Below are positions 40,465-49,461 of a stretch of 64,000 nt of DNA, in pieces. The notes below the pieces were generated by a model. It saw nothing but the letters and a program-made list of their open reading frames with translations, had not been told where the DNA came from and did no database searches. The position numbers were made by a program, and so were the translations under genes. The first letter of the stretch is position 1. Each line of letters begins with the position of its first letter. Source of the DNA: a virus; IMG/VR virus record IMGVR_UViG_3300028801_000003; one strand, written 5' to 3'.

Positions 40465-43103
40465 GCACACCAGCGGTTTTGAAGCCGCTGATCTACTGCG
40501 GCTCGTGTGGCGTCGAGCAGTCCATCACCAATTTCCGACTGCTGAGCGAAGAGCCGCCCATTTTTGTGGATTTCTGCGGCACCTGCGAGAAACAGTTCGG
40601 CACGTTGAGTCTGTACAACAAGCATTTGGGTAGCCGCTGGGTGACACGACGTGCGCGGCAGCTCGTCGTGAGCGGCCAGGACACCAAAGCGGTCGTTTTG
40701 GAGAACCAGGCGCTCAATTATCGCGAAGAGCAGACCCGCGAGTTCGCGCGGCGCGAATTGGCGCGGAAATATCTGTTGTATTACGTCAAACAGTTCAATC
40801 CGGACTATAAATCGGGGTGGGTGCACAAGGATATTGCGCGCCGTCTGGAGCAGTTTGTACGCGAAGTGGAGCAGGGACTGTCCCCTCGGCTCATGATTTT
40901 CGTGCCGCCGCGGCACGGGAAAAGTACCTTGGCGTCGTTGGAACTGCCCGGTTGGGTGCTCGGGCTGCATCCCGAATGGGAGGTGATTTCGGCCTCCTAC
41001 GCGTCTAGTTTGCCGATCGGGTTTTCGCGCGTTATCAAAGATCGACTCAAAGACCCCGATTATCAGGCGATTTTTCCTGGGACGAAGCTGCGCGCTGACG
41101 CGCAGGGTGTCGAAGAGTGGTTTACGACGAAGCGCGGCCGCTACCGTGCGGCCGGTGTAGAAGCGGGTATCACCGGTACCGGCGCGCACATCCTCATTAT
41201 TGATGACCCGATCAAGGACTATCAGGAAGCACAGTCACCGAAAGTGCGCGAGAACGCGTACAACTGGTATACCTCGACCGCACGTACTCGTATGGCGCCC
41301 GGCGGCGGCGTATTGCTGATTCAGTGCATGACTGGCGATACGTCCGTACTCATGGCTGATGGCAGCGGAAAAGCGCTGGAGCACATTAAAGTCGGCGACG
41401 CGGTGGCGACATACGACAACGGTTCGTTGTCGGCGTCTGTAGTGGTTAACTGGGCGAATCAAGGCCCTGATTACATCTATGCGATCACGACGACTTCCGG
41501 TACGATTGTCAAAGCTAACGAGCGGCATCCGTTTCTCGTTCAGCGCGACGGAGTTCCGGAATGGATAAAGTTGAAAAACCTGCGGGTTGGGGACGTGATA
41601 GTGCGGGTAAATCACTCCACTGGGGAAAATGGAAAGGGGTTGTCTGCTCCCACGAAGGATGCGGCAAACCGGTGGTCACTAAAGGCTATTGCAGCTCGCA
41701 TTACAACAAAGCTCGTTGGGCTAGTGGCGTGCGCCCCCCATCCGTCAATCCCGTTTCGCGCCGCGCCGCTCACCTTAAACACCGATACGGGCTCGAACAC
41801 ACCGATTACCTACGGCTCGTTGAAGAGCAACGCGGATTATGCGCTGTCTGTGGGCTCCCCCCAGGCAAAAATGTCCGCGCGCACTGGGGCAGCAAACTTT
41901 GCGTCGACCACAACCATCGCACCGGAAAAGTCCGCGGACTGCTCTGTAACGATTGCAACCTCGCTGTTGGATACGGCAAAACCGAAGACGTGTTACTCCG
42001 AGCCGCTGCGTACGTGCGACTTCATACTGGATGAAATAGTAAGCATCGTAGAAAGCGGCGTTGAGGACGTTTTTGACATACAGGTGGCCGGAACAGAAAA
42101 CTTCATCGCCAACGGGTTGGTTAGCCATAACACTCGCTGGCATGACGGTGATCTCTCCGGGCTGCTGTTGTCGGATAAGCAGGCGCTCCTCGAAGCGGAC
42201 GTACCGCTCGACGAAATCGATAACTGGCAGGTGATTTCCTACCCGGCAATCGCCGAGTACGACGAGTATTTGTTCCCGGATCGCTCGATTCAGACCGCGC
42301 CGGAAGTTGTACCGGAAGGGGCGATCCTGCTACGCCATAAAGATGATGCGCTACATCCGGAGCGATACACGTCGCTCGAACTGCGGCGTATCCGTAATAC
42401 GATGCCATCCGTGCAGTGGAACGCACTGTTCCAGCAGAATCCAGTACCGGAGACGGGTGAATACTTCACGAAAGACATGTTTCGTACCTTCTCCGCGCTG
42501 CCTGGCGCGGAGGATGATTTCATCTGGTTTACCGCCTGGGACCTGGCGATTGGTGAGAAGGCTCAGAACGACTGGACCGTCGGTACCGTGGCGGCGTACC
42601 ACTATTCGGGCGCGATCTACGTCATGGACATGGTGCGCGCGCGCATGAATATGTACGGTATCATCACCGCCATGATGGCGCTGGCCAAGAAATGGCCGCA
42701 CATCCAGGTGATGGGTATCGAGCAGGGGCAGATTTACAAGACCATGGCGCCGCTGCTAAATGAGGCGATCCAGAAGGAGAAGCTCAAGCTGTCGCTGTCC
42801 GAGGAACTCAAACCCGTCACCGATAAGTTGATGCGTGCCCGGCCGCTGCAACAGAAGATGCAGATGGGTCTGGTGCATTTCCCTACGGCGCAACCGTGGG
42901 TTAGCTTGGTCGAGCGAGAGCTGCTACGATTCCCCAGCGGCACGCACGATGATATTGTCGATTCACTGGCTTGGCTTATCCGCATGTCGATGGTACTTTC
43001 TCCGCCGCGCCCGCAGAAGGCGCGCAATCAGGGGCGTAAGCCTGAAAGTTGGAAAAAACAACTGGTCGCCAATTCTGGCGCTAAATCCTTCATGACGGCT
43101 TGA
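40461..43103 (+). CDS. terL: terminase large subunit precursor interrupted by a 269-aa intein; N-terminal CxxC...CxxC zinc-ribbon-like extension
   Basis: The motifs seen are Walker A VPPRHGKS and Walker B HILIIDDP. The conserved LLIQ-TRWHDGDL motif is split by the intein. Confidence 0.9.
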   Translation: MSTPAVLKPLIYCGSCGVEQSITNFRLLSEEPPIFVDFCGTCEKQFGTLSLYNKHLGSRWVTRRARQLVVSGQDTKAVVLENQALNYREEQTREFARRELARKYLLYYVKQFNPDYKSGWVHKDIARRLEQFVREVEQGLSPRLMIFVPPRHGKSTLASLELPGWVLGLHPEWEVISASYASSLPIGFSRVIKDRLKDPDYQAIFPGTKLRADAQGVEEWFTTKRGRYRAAGVEAGITGTGAHILIIDDPIKDYQEAQSPKVRENAYNWYTSTARTRMAPGGGVLLIQCMTGDTSVLMADGSGKALEHIKVGDAVATYDNGSLSASVVVNWANQGPDYIYAITTTSGTIVKANERHPFLVQRDGVPEWIKLKNLRVGDVIVRVNHSTGENGKGLSAPTKDAANRWSLKAIAARITTKLVGLVACAPHPSIPFRAAPLTLNTDTGSNTPITYGSLKSNADYALSVGSPQAKMSARTGAANFASTTTIAPEKSADCSVTIATSLLDTAKPKTCYSEPLRTCDFILDEIVSIVESGVEDVFDIQVAGTENFIANGLVSHNTRWHDGDLSGLLLSDKQALLEADVPLDEIDNWQVISYPAIAEYDEYLFPDRSIQTAPEVVPEGAILLRHKDDALHPERYTSLELRRIRNTMPSVQWNALFQQNPVPETGEYFTKDMFRTFSALPGAEDDFIWFTAWDLAIGEKAQNDWTVGTVAAYHYSGAIYVMDMVRARMNMYGIITAMMALAKKWPHIQVMGIEQGQIYKTMAPLLNEAIQKEKLKLSLSEELKPVTDKLMRARPLQQKMQMGLVHFPTAQPWVSLVERELLRFPSGTHDDIVDSLAWLIRMSMVLSPPRPQKARNQGRKPESWKKQLVANSGAKSFMTA
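41325..42131 (+). mobile_element. intein in TerL (Cys1 ... His-Asn / +1 Thr)
   Basis: The N-terminal blocks are CMTGDTSVLMADG and ANERHPFLV. The C-terminal blocks are VFDIQVAGTENFIANGLVSHN followed by T. The insertion lies between Q288 and T558 of the listed ORF. Confidence 0.85.
41561..42034 (+). CDS. endonuclease VII / HNH-type nuclease ORF lying inside the intein in a different reading frame
   Basis: ORF track, in a frame offset from terL. It contains CSHEGCGKPVVTKGYCSSHY and CAVCG...LCVDHNHRTGKVRGLLCNDCNLAVG. GGAG lies 7 nt upstream of the ATG. There is an in-frame stop at 41516-41518 upstream, and the ORF has its own TGA at 42032-42034. Confidence 0.75.
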   Translation: MDKVEKPAGWGRDSAGKSLHWGKWKGVVCSHEGCGKPVVTKGYCSSHYNKARWASGVRPPSVNPVSRRAAHLKHRYGLEHTDYLRLVEEQRGLCAVCGLPPGKNVRAHWGSKLCVDHNHRTGKVRGLLCNDCNLAVGYGKTEDVLLRAAAYVRLHTG

Positions 43104-45232
43104 GCGCAATGGCGAACGACGAAAGCAAAGCGCAAGACAACTACGAAGGCTATCGTTTCTGCCGCAATCAAGGGCACGACGATTTCTTGCGTCGTTCGGC
43201 TCTGAGCTACGATTTCTACGCCAATCGTCAGTGGTCCGCTGAAGAACAAGCGGAGATGCGCGAGACGAACCGGCCGACCATTACGGTCAACCAGACGTTC
43301 CGCACCCTCGATTCCATTGTGGGCGAAATGCTGTACTCCACTGGCGACGTGCGGTTTACCCCTTCCTCGATCGACGCGCAGGACGACGCGGCCGATGCGA
43401 TGGATAAAATCTGGGTCAACACGAACCAGATAAGCCGCACGGAATTCTTTGAGCCGCAGGTATTGCTCGACGGCATGTTAACCGGCCGTGGATACTACGA
43501 CATCCGCGTCGAGTTCGATCAGCAGTTGATGGGCCAGATCAAGATCGGCCGCAAACGCCCGCAGAACATCGTGTTGAACCCCCAGATCGCTAGCCGCGAT
43601 CCCGATAAATGGCCCGAGGTCTACGAGACGCGGTACACCAGCATCGACGAAATCAGTCTTATGTATGGGTCGGCTGCGGCCGAAGAGATCAAACAGGCAG
43701 GTCAAGGCGCATTTCTGTGCCCGGAAGATCGGTATGAGGAGCGGCTGCTCTCGAATCGCATCGACTTGTCAGCACCGACCGGTTTCGACCTTAATCGCTC
43801 GCCAGATGCCCAGAACTACCTAAAGACGCGCCGGCTGATCGAGCGACAGTACCGCGTCAATAAGTACAAGAATTTCTTCGTCGAGCCGTCCACCGGCGAC
43901 ATGTCGGAAGTACCGGAGAACTGGGACCGTAACCGCGTGGCCGCGATGGTCGAAGCCGCCGGTGTGCAGGTCATTAAGCGCCGTTGTTCAACCATCCGCT
44001 GGATGGTGACGTGCGACCGGTTCGTCCTGCATGACGAGGATAGCCCGTACAACCATTTTACCATCGTGCCGTTCTTCCCCTGGTTTGTTGACGGTTACAC
44101 CATGTCGATGGGCGAGAACCTGGTCGACATGCAGCGCATGATGAACAAGCTGTATTCCCAGTACCTGCACATCCTGAACAGCGCAGCGAATTCTGGCTGG
44201 AAGGTCAAATCGGGCACACTGCTTAATATGACTGAGGAAGAGCTGGAAACGAAGGGCGCCAAGACCGGTCTGATCGCGGTTGTCAATGATATGGCTGGCC
44301 TGGAGCGTATCGAGCCCGGTACGCTGCCGGCAGGCCACGATCATCTGGCGTCAACCGTGCGCGCGATGTTCGACGACGTGTCCGGTTACACCCAGACCAT
44401 GAAAGGCGCGGACCGTGCTGACGCCGCTGGTAAGGCGATCGACGCGAAGATTACCCGCGGTTCGGTCAACCTGGCCACAGCCTATAACGCGATTTACCAC
44501 GCCAAGACCATGCTCGCCGAGCGCACGCTGGACCTGGCGCAGACCTATTACACCGAAACGCGGTATGTGCGTATCGCCGACGGCAGCGGCCAGCCGTCGA
44601 CTGGCACCACGCTAAACCAGCCAACTCCCGAGGGCTCGTTCCTCAACAATATCTGTGTCGGCAAATACATGGTGTCGATCGTCCCGAGCACGCAGCGCGA
44701 GACGGTGGATCAGAACGCGTTCGACCAGTTGGTGAAGATGCGCGAAGACCTGGGCGTCAAAATCCCGGATAGCGTGCTCATCCAGTACAGTGCCCTGCCA
44801 GACAAGAAGAATGTCCAGACGGCGATCCAGAACGCGGGCGGTACGCCGCAGCAGCAGGCGCAGGCGCAGCAGCTGGAGCAGCAGATGCAGCAGGCCGAGC
44901 TGGAAGACAAACAGGCCAGCGCCATGAACTCGCGCGCCCAGGCCGAGCTGGCCATCGCACGGTCGGGCAAAGCCAACGCCGACGCACAGTCCGATCCGAA
45001 TGCGGCGCGGCTGCAGATGGATCAGGCCCGACTCAACGCCGAGCAGAACCGCGACGATCAAGCCAACCAGTTGAAGCAGCGCGGGCAGGACATTGACGCG
45101 GCGACCAAACTGACTGACATTGAGTTGAAGCACCAACGCGAGTCCAAGAAAATGGAACTCGACGCAGCAGCAAAGAAAACCCAAGCGGCAGCAAAACCAA
45201 AAGCCGCCCCCAAGTCAAAACAGCCACGCTAG
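43100..45232 (+). CDS. portal protein (P22-like length with a long Gln/Ala-rich C-terminal helix)
   Basis: ORF track. The TTG start overlaps the terL TGA; an alternative ATG lies at 43109. The call rests on position after terL and the size. No motif check was possible. Confidence 0.7.
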   Translation: MSAMANDESKAQDNYEGYRFCRNQGHDDFLRRSALSYDFYANRQWSAEEQAEMRETNRPTITVNQTFRTLDSIVGEMLYSTGDVRFTPSSIDAQDDAADAMDKIWVNTNQISRTEFFEPQVLLDGMLTGRGYYDIRVEFDQQLMGQIKIGRKRPQNIVLNPQIASRDPDKWPEVYETRYTSIDEISLMYGSAAAEEIKQAGQGAFLCPEDRYEERLLSNRIDLSAPTGFDLNRSPDAQNYLKTRRLIERQYRVNKYKNFFVEPSTGDMSEVPENWDRNRVAAMVEAAGVQVIKRRCSTIRWMVTCDRFVLHDEDSPYNHFTIVPFFPWFVDGYTMSMGENLVDMQRMMNKLYSQYLHILNSAANSGWKVKSGTLLNMTEEELETKGAKTGLIAVVNDMAGLERIEPGTLPAGHDHLASTVRAMFDDVSGYTQTMKGADRADAAGKAIDAKITRGSVNLATAYNAIYHAKTMLAERTLDLAQTYYTETRYVRIADGSGQPSTGTTLNQPTPEGSFLNNICVGKYMVSIVPSTQRETVDQNAFDQLVKMREDLGVKIPDSVLIQYSALPDKKNVQTAIQNAGGTPQQQAQAQQLEQQMQQAELEDKQASAMNSRAQAELAIARSGKANADAQSDPNAARLQMDQARLNAEQNRDDQANQLKQRGQDIDAATKLTDIELKHQRESKKMELDAAAKKTQAAAKPKAAPKSKQPR

Positions 45233-45244
45233 AGGAAATGATCC

Positions 45245-46282
45245 ATGGCCGCAAAAGATGGTGGTAACCCGGGCGATGCAACGATCGATCTGTCAAAGGT
45301 TGAGAAAGGGGCAGGCGATGGGCTCGCGGCGTCCCTAACGGACGTCGATAAGATGGATTTCGGCGACGAAGTCACCGAAGAGACACCCCTTACTGAGAAA
45401 GATCCGTCGAAAAAGGCGCCGGCTAAAAAAACCAAGGTCAAAGAAAAAGAGGCAGTCGTCGAGGAACCGGTCGAGGAAGAGGAAGAAGAGTCCCCCGACG
45501 CAGAGGACGAAGAGGAAGAGGAGGAGACCGACCCGGTCGTCGAAACTCCACCCGCCACAAAAAAGCCCGAAGTCAAAATGGTACCGCAGGCGCGCATGAT
45601 GCACGTCAAGGCGCAGCGCGATAATCTGGAAACGCGTCTGGCCGAAGCCAATGCGCAGCTGGAAAGTCTCAAGCAGTCCACGGGTAACGCGAAGAACGCT
45701 CAGCAATACGAAGAGCAGATCAGCAATCTGTACATCGAGCTGGAAAAGAAACGCGCCGAAGGTAACGTAGCTGAATCTGCCGCGTTGGCGCGTCAGCTGG
45801 ATCGTATTAAGGATGACGCCAACAAGCGTCAGGCCCAGATGATCTCGCAGATTGAGGCGCGTAACCAGCTGGAACAGCGGGTTTACGATGCTGTCGTGGC
45901 CCAGTTGGAGCTGGCTGACCCACGGGTCAACCCGGATTCGGACGAGTTCGATCAGGACCTGGTTCGTGATATGGACTCCATGACCCGCGGTTACGAGGCG
46001 CAGGGCACACTACCGTCCGAAGCCCTGAAGCGGGCCGCTACCCGCATTCTGGGTAAGGACGTGTTGTCGGACCGGAAGAGCCTGCGCGAAAAACAGCCTG
46101 AGCCAAAAAAGACCGACCTGAAGAAGAACCTCGACGCGGCCAAGAAAATCCCGCCGTCGTCAACCAGTGAAGAGCGCACTGAAAAGGCGCAGTCGTTGAA
46201 ACCGTCAGCAATGACGCGCGATGAATTCGCCAAATTGCCAGAAGCGACCCAGCGTCGTCTCATGGGTGATGAACTCGAATAA
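45245..46282 (+). CDS. scaffolding protein
   Basis: ORF track. It is highly charged and helical with a poly-Glu stretch, and it lies between the portal and capsid genes. Confidence 0.7.
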   Translation: MAAKDGGNPGDATIDLSKVEKGAGDGLAASLTDVDKMDFGDEVTEETPLTEKDPSKKAPAKKTKVKEKEAVVEEPVEEEEEESPDAEDEEEEEETDPVVETPPATKKPEVKMVPQARMMHVKAQRDNLETRLAEANAQLESLKQSTGNAKNAQQYEEQISNLYIELEKKRAEGNVAESAALARQLDRIKDDANKRQAQMISQIEARNQLEQRVYDAVVAQLELADPRVNPDSDEFDQDLVRDMDSMTRGYEAQGTLPSEALKRAATRILGKDVLSDRKSLREKQPEPKKTDLKKNLDAAKKIPPSSTSEERTEKAQSLKPSAMTRDEFAKLPEATQRRLMGDELE

Positions 46283-46500
46283 AAACTGTTGCGTGGTTGT
46301 AAACGTTCGTGTAACGTGCGGGGCGCATGGTTCATCATGCCGCCCCGCGCTGCGTTAATGCCGATTCGTCTCCGCCGAAGGACGTAAAACTTCAGTGCCG
46401 CGCCCGTGCTGCGACAACGCCGATTCCGCTACGTCTTGAGCGTTTACCGAGACACAACTCCCCCTAGCATTTTTGTCCACATCGGACAGAGGAATCGGCA

Positions 46501-47625
46501 ATGGCAACTACCAACTTTGCACGCCAGACTGACGAGCAGAAGACCGCCTGGTCGCTCAAGTTTTGGCACAACTACCGCAACAAGATGTTCCTGGGCAACT
46601 TCACAGGCACGTCCCCCGATAGCATGATTCAGCGGATCGACGAGCTGAAGATGTCGGAAAAGGGCGCACGCGCTGTGATCACGTTGGTCCCCGACCTGGT
46701 CGGCGACGGTGTGGTCGGCGACAGCCAGTTGGAAGGTAATGAGGAAGAGCTGAAGTCCGCCGATCAGGTGATTCGCATCGACCAGATGCGCAACGGTAAC
46801 CGTCTGGAAGGCCGCATGGCTGACCAGAAGTCCGTGGTGAACTTCCGCAACAACTCAATGAACACCCTGACCTACTGGATGGCCGATCGTTCCGATCAGC
46901 TGGCCTTCCTGACCTTGTCGGGCGTGTCATACAGCTTCCACAACAACGGCGCACCGCGTATCGGTTCGGCGTTCCCGGGTCTGGAATTCGCCGCTGACGT
47001 CACACCCCCGACGTCCGGCCGCCACTTCCGCTGGAACGGCACGAACAAGGACCTGGAAACTGCGAACACCGCGTCCATTGCTGCGACCGACCTTCCTTCG
47101 TGGGAAATGCTGGTCGACATCAAGGCGCAGGCTGTCGAGAGCATGATCCGCCCGATTCGGTCGGAAGATGGTATCGACGTGTACAACGTGTTCATGACCG
47201 CCAATGGCATCGCGGCTCTCAAGAAAGACCCCAGCTTCATGGAAGTCTGGAAGTGGGCGCAACAGCGCGGCGACGAGAACCCGTTGTTCAAGGGTACGCC
47301 GCGTGCCGGCACCAAGGGCATCTTCATCGACGGCCTGAACATCCTGGAGTACAAGCACGTCTTCAACACCACTGGTGCCGCGTCTGGTTCCAAGTGGGGT
47401 TCGGGCGGCACGCAGGATGGCCAGCGCGTACTGCTGTGCGGTGCGCAGGCACTGGGCTTCGCCGACGTGATGGGACCGAAGTGGGTCGAGAAAGACTTCG
47501 ACTACGACAACAGCCCGGGCATTTCGGTCGCCAAGATCATCGGCATGCTGAAGCCGCAGTTCCCGTCCGCCCTGACCGGCGTCACCGAAGACTTCGGTGT
47601 TATGTGCATCGATACGGCCATCTAA
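46501..47625 (+). CDS. major capsid protein
   Basis: ORF track. The call rests on position after the scaffold gene, strong GC3 codon bias and a strong terminator after the next gene. Confidence 0.75.
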   Translation: MATTNFARQTDEQKTAWSLKFWHNYRNKMFLGNFTGTSPDSMIQRIDELKMSEKGARAVITLVPDLVGDGVVGDSQLEGNEEELKSADQVIRIDQMRNGNRLEGRMADQKSVVNFRNNSMNTLTYWMADRSDQLAFLTLSGVSYSFHNNGAPRIGSAFPGLEFAADVTPPTSGRHFRWNGTNKDLETANTASIAATDLPSWEMLVDIKAQAVESMIRPIRSEDGIDVYNVFMTANGIAALKKDPSFMEVWKWAQQRGDENPLFKGTPRAGTKGIFIDGLNILEYKHVFNTTGAASGSKWGSGGTQDGQRVLLCGAQALGFADVMGPKWVEKDFDYDNSPGISVAKIIGMLKPQFPSALTGVTEDFGVMCIDTAI

Positions 47626-47637
47626 GAGGATATTCCC

Positions 47638-48063
47638 ATGCCACTTCCCTCCACCGCAGGCCCGCGTTACTGGGTGGGCCGCCAGTACGGCCTGGATATC
47701 CTGGCTGACTACGGCGCTGGCACCAACGACATTGCCGATGGTGTCATCATCAATCTGCCGCCCAATTCGCTGTTGGTTTCGGGCGCGGTCAACGTGCAGA
47801 CGGTTTTCGGTGGCACCTCACCGATGCTGACGGCCGTTGACAACTCCGCCACACCGTTGTCGCTGTTCGGCAACGTCGCAGCTGATGCCGTCGGCATCAC
47901 TGCGGCGCTGACGGCCGGCGCTGATGTGTTCTACCCGTTCGGCGCCACGATCACCATCAAGGTGGCTGGCGGCACGGTTACCCCCGGTCTGGCCCTCGTT
48001 CGTCTTTCGTACCTGATCAAGGATCGCGAAAACGAGGTCTATACGGTCGGCGCGTACCCGTAA
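47638..48063 (+). CDS. beta-rich head-associated protein (decoration candidate)
   Basis: ORF track. It lies immediately after the capsid gene and before the terminator. Confidence 0.55.
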   Translation: MPLPSTAGPRYWVGRQYGLDILADYGAGTNDIADGVIINLPPNSLLVSGAVNVQTVFGGTSPMLTAVDNSATPLSLFGNVAADAVGITAALTAGADVFYPFGATITIKVAGGTVTPGLALVRLSYLIKDRENEVYTVGAYP

Positions 48064-48078
48064 TAAGAGTTCTGGCGT

Positions 48079-48127
48079 GGCTGCTAGGCTTGGGGGTGGG
48101 TCTCCACCCCCTTTTTTTCTAGCAGCC
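48079..48127 (+). terminator. rho-independent terminator with nested outer stem
   Basis: The inner stem GGGGGTGG GTCT CCACCCCC is followed by T7. The outer arms are GGCTGCTAG / CTAGCAGCC. Confidence 0.85.
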
Positions 48128-48182
48128 TACGACTGGAGCCAGTAATATCTCCATCAGCCACCACCAGTAGAGGATTACACGC

Positions 48183-48746
48183 ATGCCACTCGAAATGACG
48201 GCACCGCGCAATTACACCCTGCGCACGAAGTCGGGTCACACCATCAAGTTTCTGGCAGGACAGCCGCAGTTCGTTCCTGACGAAATCGTCTCCGAAGCCC
48301 TGGCGGTTAATATTCTGCCGGTGGAAGGCGGCGTGATTCGCGACACGGACGACAGCGGTAAGGGTGTACAGAAGGTCATTATCACGGGTTTGTTGCGCGA
48401 CGCGATGCTGCTACGTGCCATTGACGACATCATGCGGGAAAACGACGTCGAGAACTTTGACGCCGGTAGCCGCCCGAAGGTCAACGTGATCAACGACCGC
48501 AGTGGTCTGGGTATTACCGCAAAAGAGCGTAGTGACGCCCTGGAGAAGTACCGCAAGATCAAGGCGGAGCAGGACGAGCTGCCGACACATAAGGCGCTCG
48601 ACACCGTTCTTGCTGTGCAGTCCCTCAACACACCGAGTGACTTCAAGGAATACGCGTTGCTGCTGGAAGTACCACAAGAAAAGCTGACGGGTCTGTCGCT
48701 GCGCGAGCAAAAGCAGGTGCTGCTGGCTAAAGCTATCCGGAGCTAA
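48183..48746 (+). CDS. hypothetical virion-module protein (187 aa)
   Basis: ORF track. GAGGA lies upstream. Confidence 0.7.
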   Translation: MPLEMTAPRNYTLRTKSGHTIKFLAGQPQFVPDEIVSEALAVNILPVEGGVIRDTDDSGKGVQKVIITGLLRDAMLLRAIDDIMRENDVENFDAGSRPKVNVINDRSGLGITAKERSDALEKYRKIKAEQDELPTHKALDTVLAVQSLNTPSDFKEYALLLEVPQEKLTGLSLREQKQVLLAKAIRS

Positions 48747-48748
48747 CC

Positions 48749-49456
48749 ATGGGCGTTGTGACCACGACCGATATCGTCAACCGCTTCCGATCGGAAGTCG
48801 ATGACATCATTCGTGGCACCGGCGCCAATGCAGACAACGATGTCTTGTGGAAGTGCGGCGAAGTCGACGGCTATCTCAACGAAGCCGTCAACCAGGTCGC
48901 CACCGAAACACTCTCGTTATATAAGACGTTCGACATCCCCTACCTCGCGGCAAACGGCCCCTACGTGCGTTTGCCGACGGGGTATGAGGTGCTCGATATT
49001 GATGTCATCTACCTGGTTACGGCGCGCCGTCTTATCACGGAGCGTAACGCTGTCGATCGTATTCACCACCACAACGACTACGGTTACTACGGTGGTGAAG
49101 AAGGTTGGGAGATCGCTACCGGTAAGCCGCGGCATTTCACCCGCGACTTCAAGATGAATCAGATTCGGCTATGGCCGGCCCCCGCACCGGATATGGACGA
49201 CACAATGCAGATCACGGCGGTCATTGGCGCGGTGGATATGCAGCCAGGCATGCCGTCACCGTTCCAGAGCCCGAAGGATATTCGACTCATCCTGACCTGG
49301 ATGAAGCATCTGGCTTACGGTAAGAAAGACGCCGATACGTTCGACGCTGACGCGACGACGCGCTATAAAAATGACTTCGAAAACGACGCCGCGAAGCGCA
49401 AATATGAATGCCAGCGCCTGCGCCGGGCGCCTTCTTCTGTCCGGTTTTCCTGGTAA
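48749..49456 (+). CDS. hypothetical head-completion/adaptor candidate (235 aa)
   Basis: ORF track. Position only. Confidence 0.65.
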   Translation: MGVVTTTDIVNRFRSEVDDIIRGTGANADNDVLWKCGEVDGYLNEAVNQVATETLSLYKTFDIPYLAANGPYVRLPTGYEVLDIDVIYLVTARRLITERNAVDRIHHHNDYGYYGGEEGWEIATGKPRHFTRDFKMNQIRLWPAPAPDMDDTMQITAVIGAVDMQPGMPSPFQSPKDIRLILTWMKHLAYGKKDADTFDADATTRYKNDFENDAAKRKYECQRLRRAPSSVRFSW

Positions 49457-49461
49457 CGGCG

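Noticed and set aside
40440-41189. 249-aa minus-strand ORF antisense to terL
   Set aside because: It lies opposite a high-confidence gene. It is Arg-rich and low-complexity, typical of GC-rich antisense frames.
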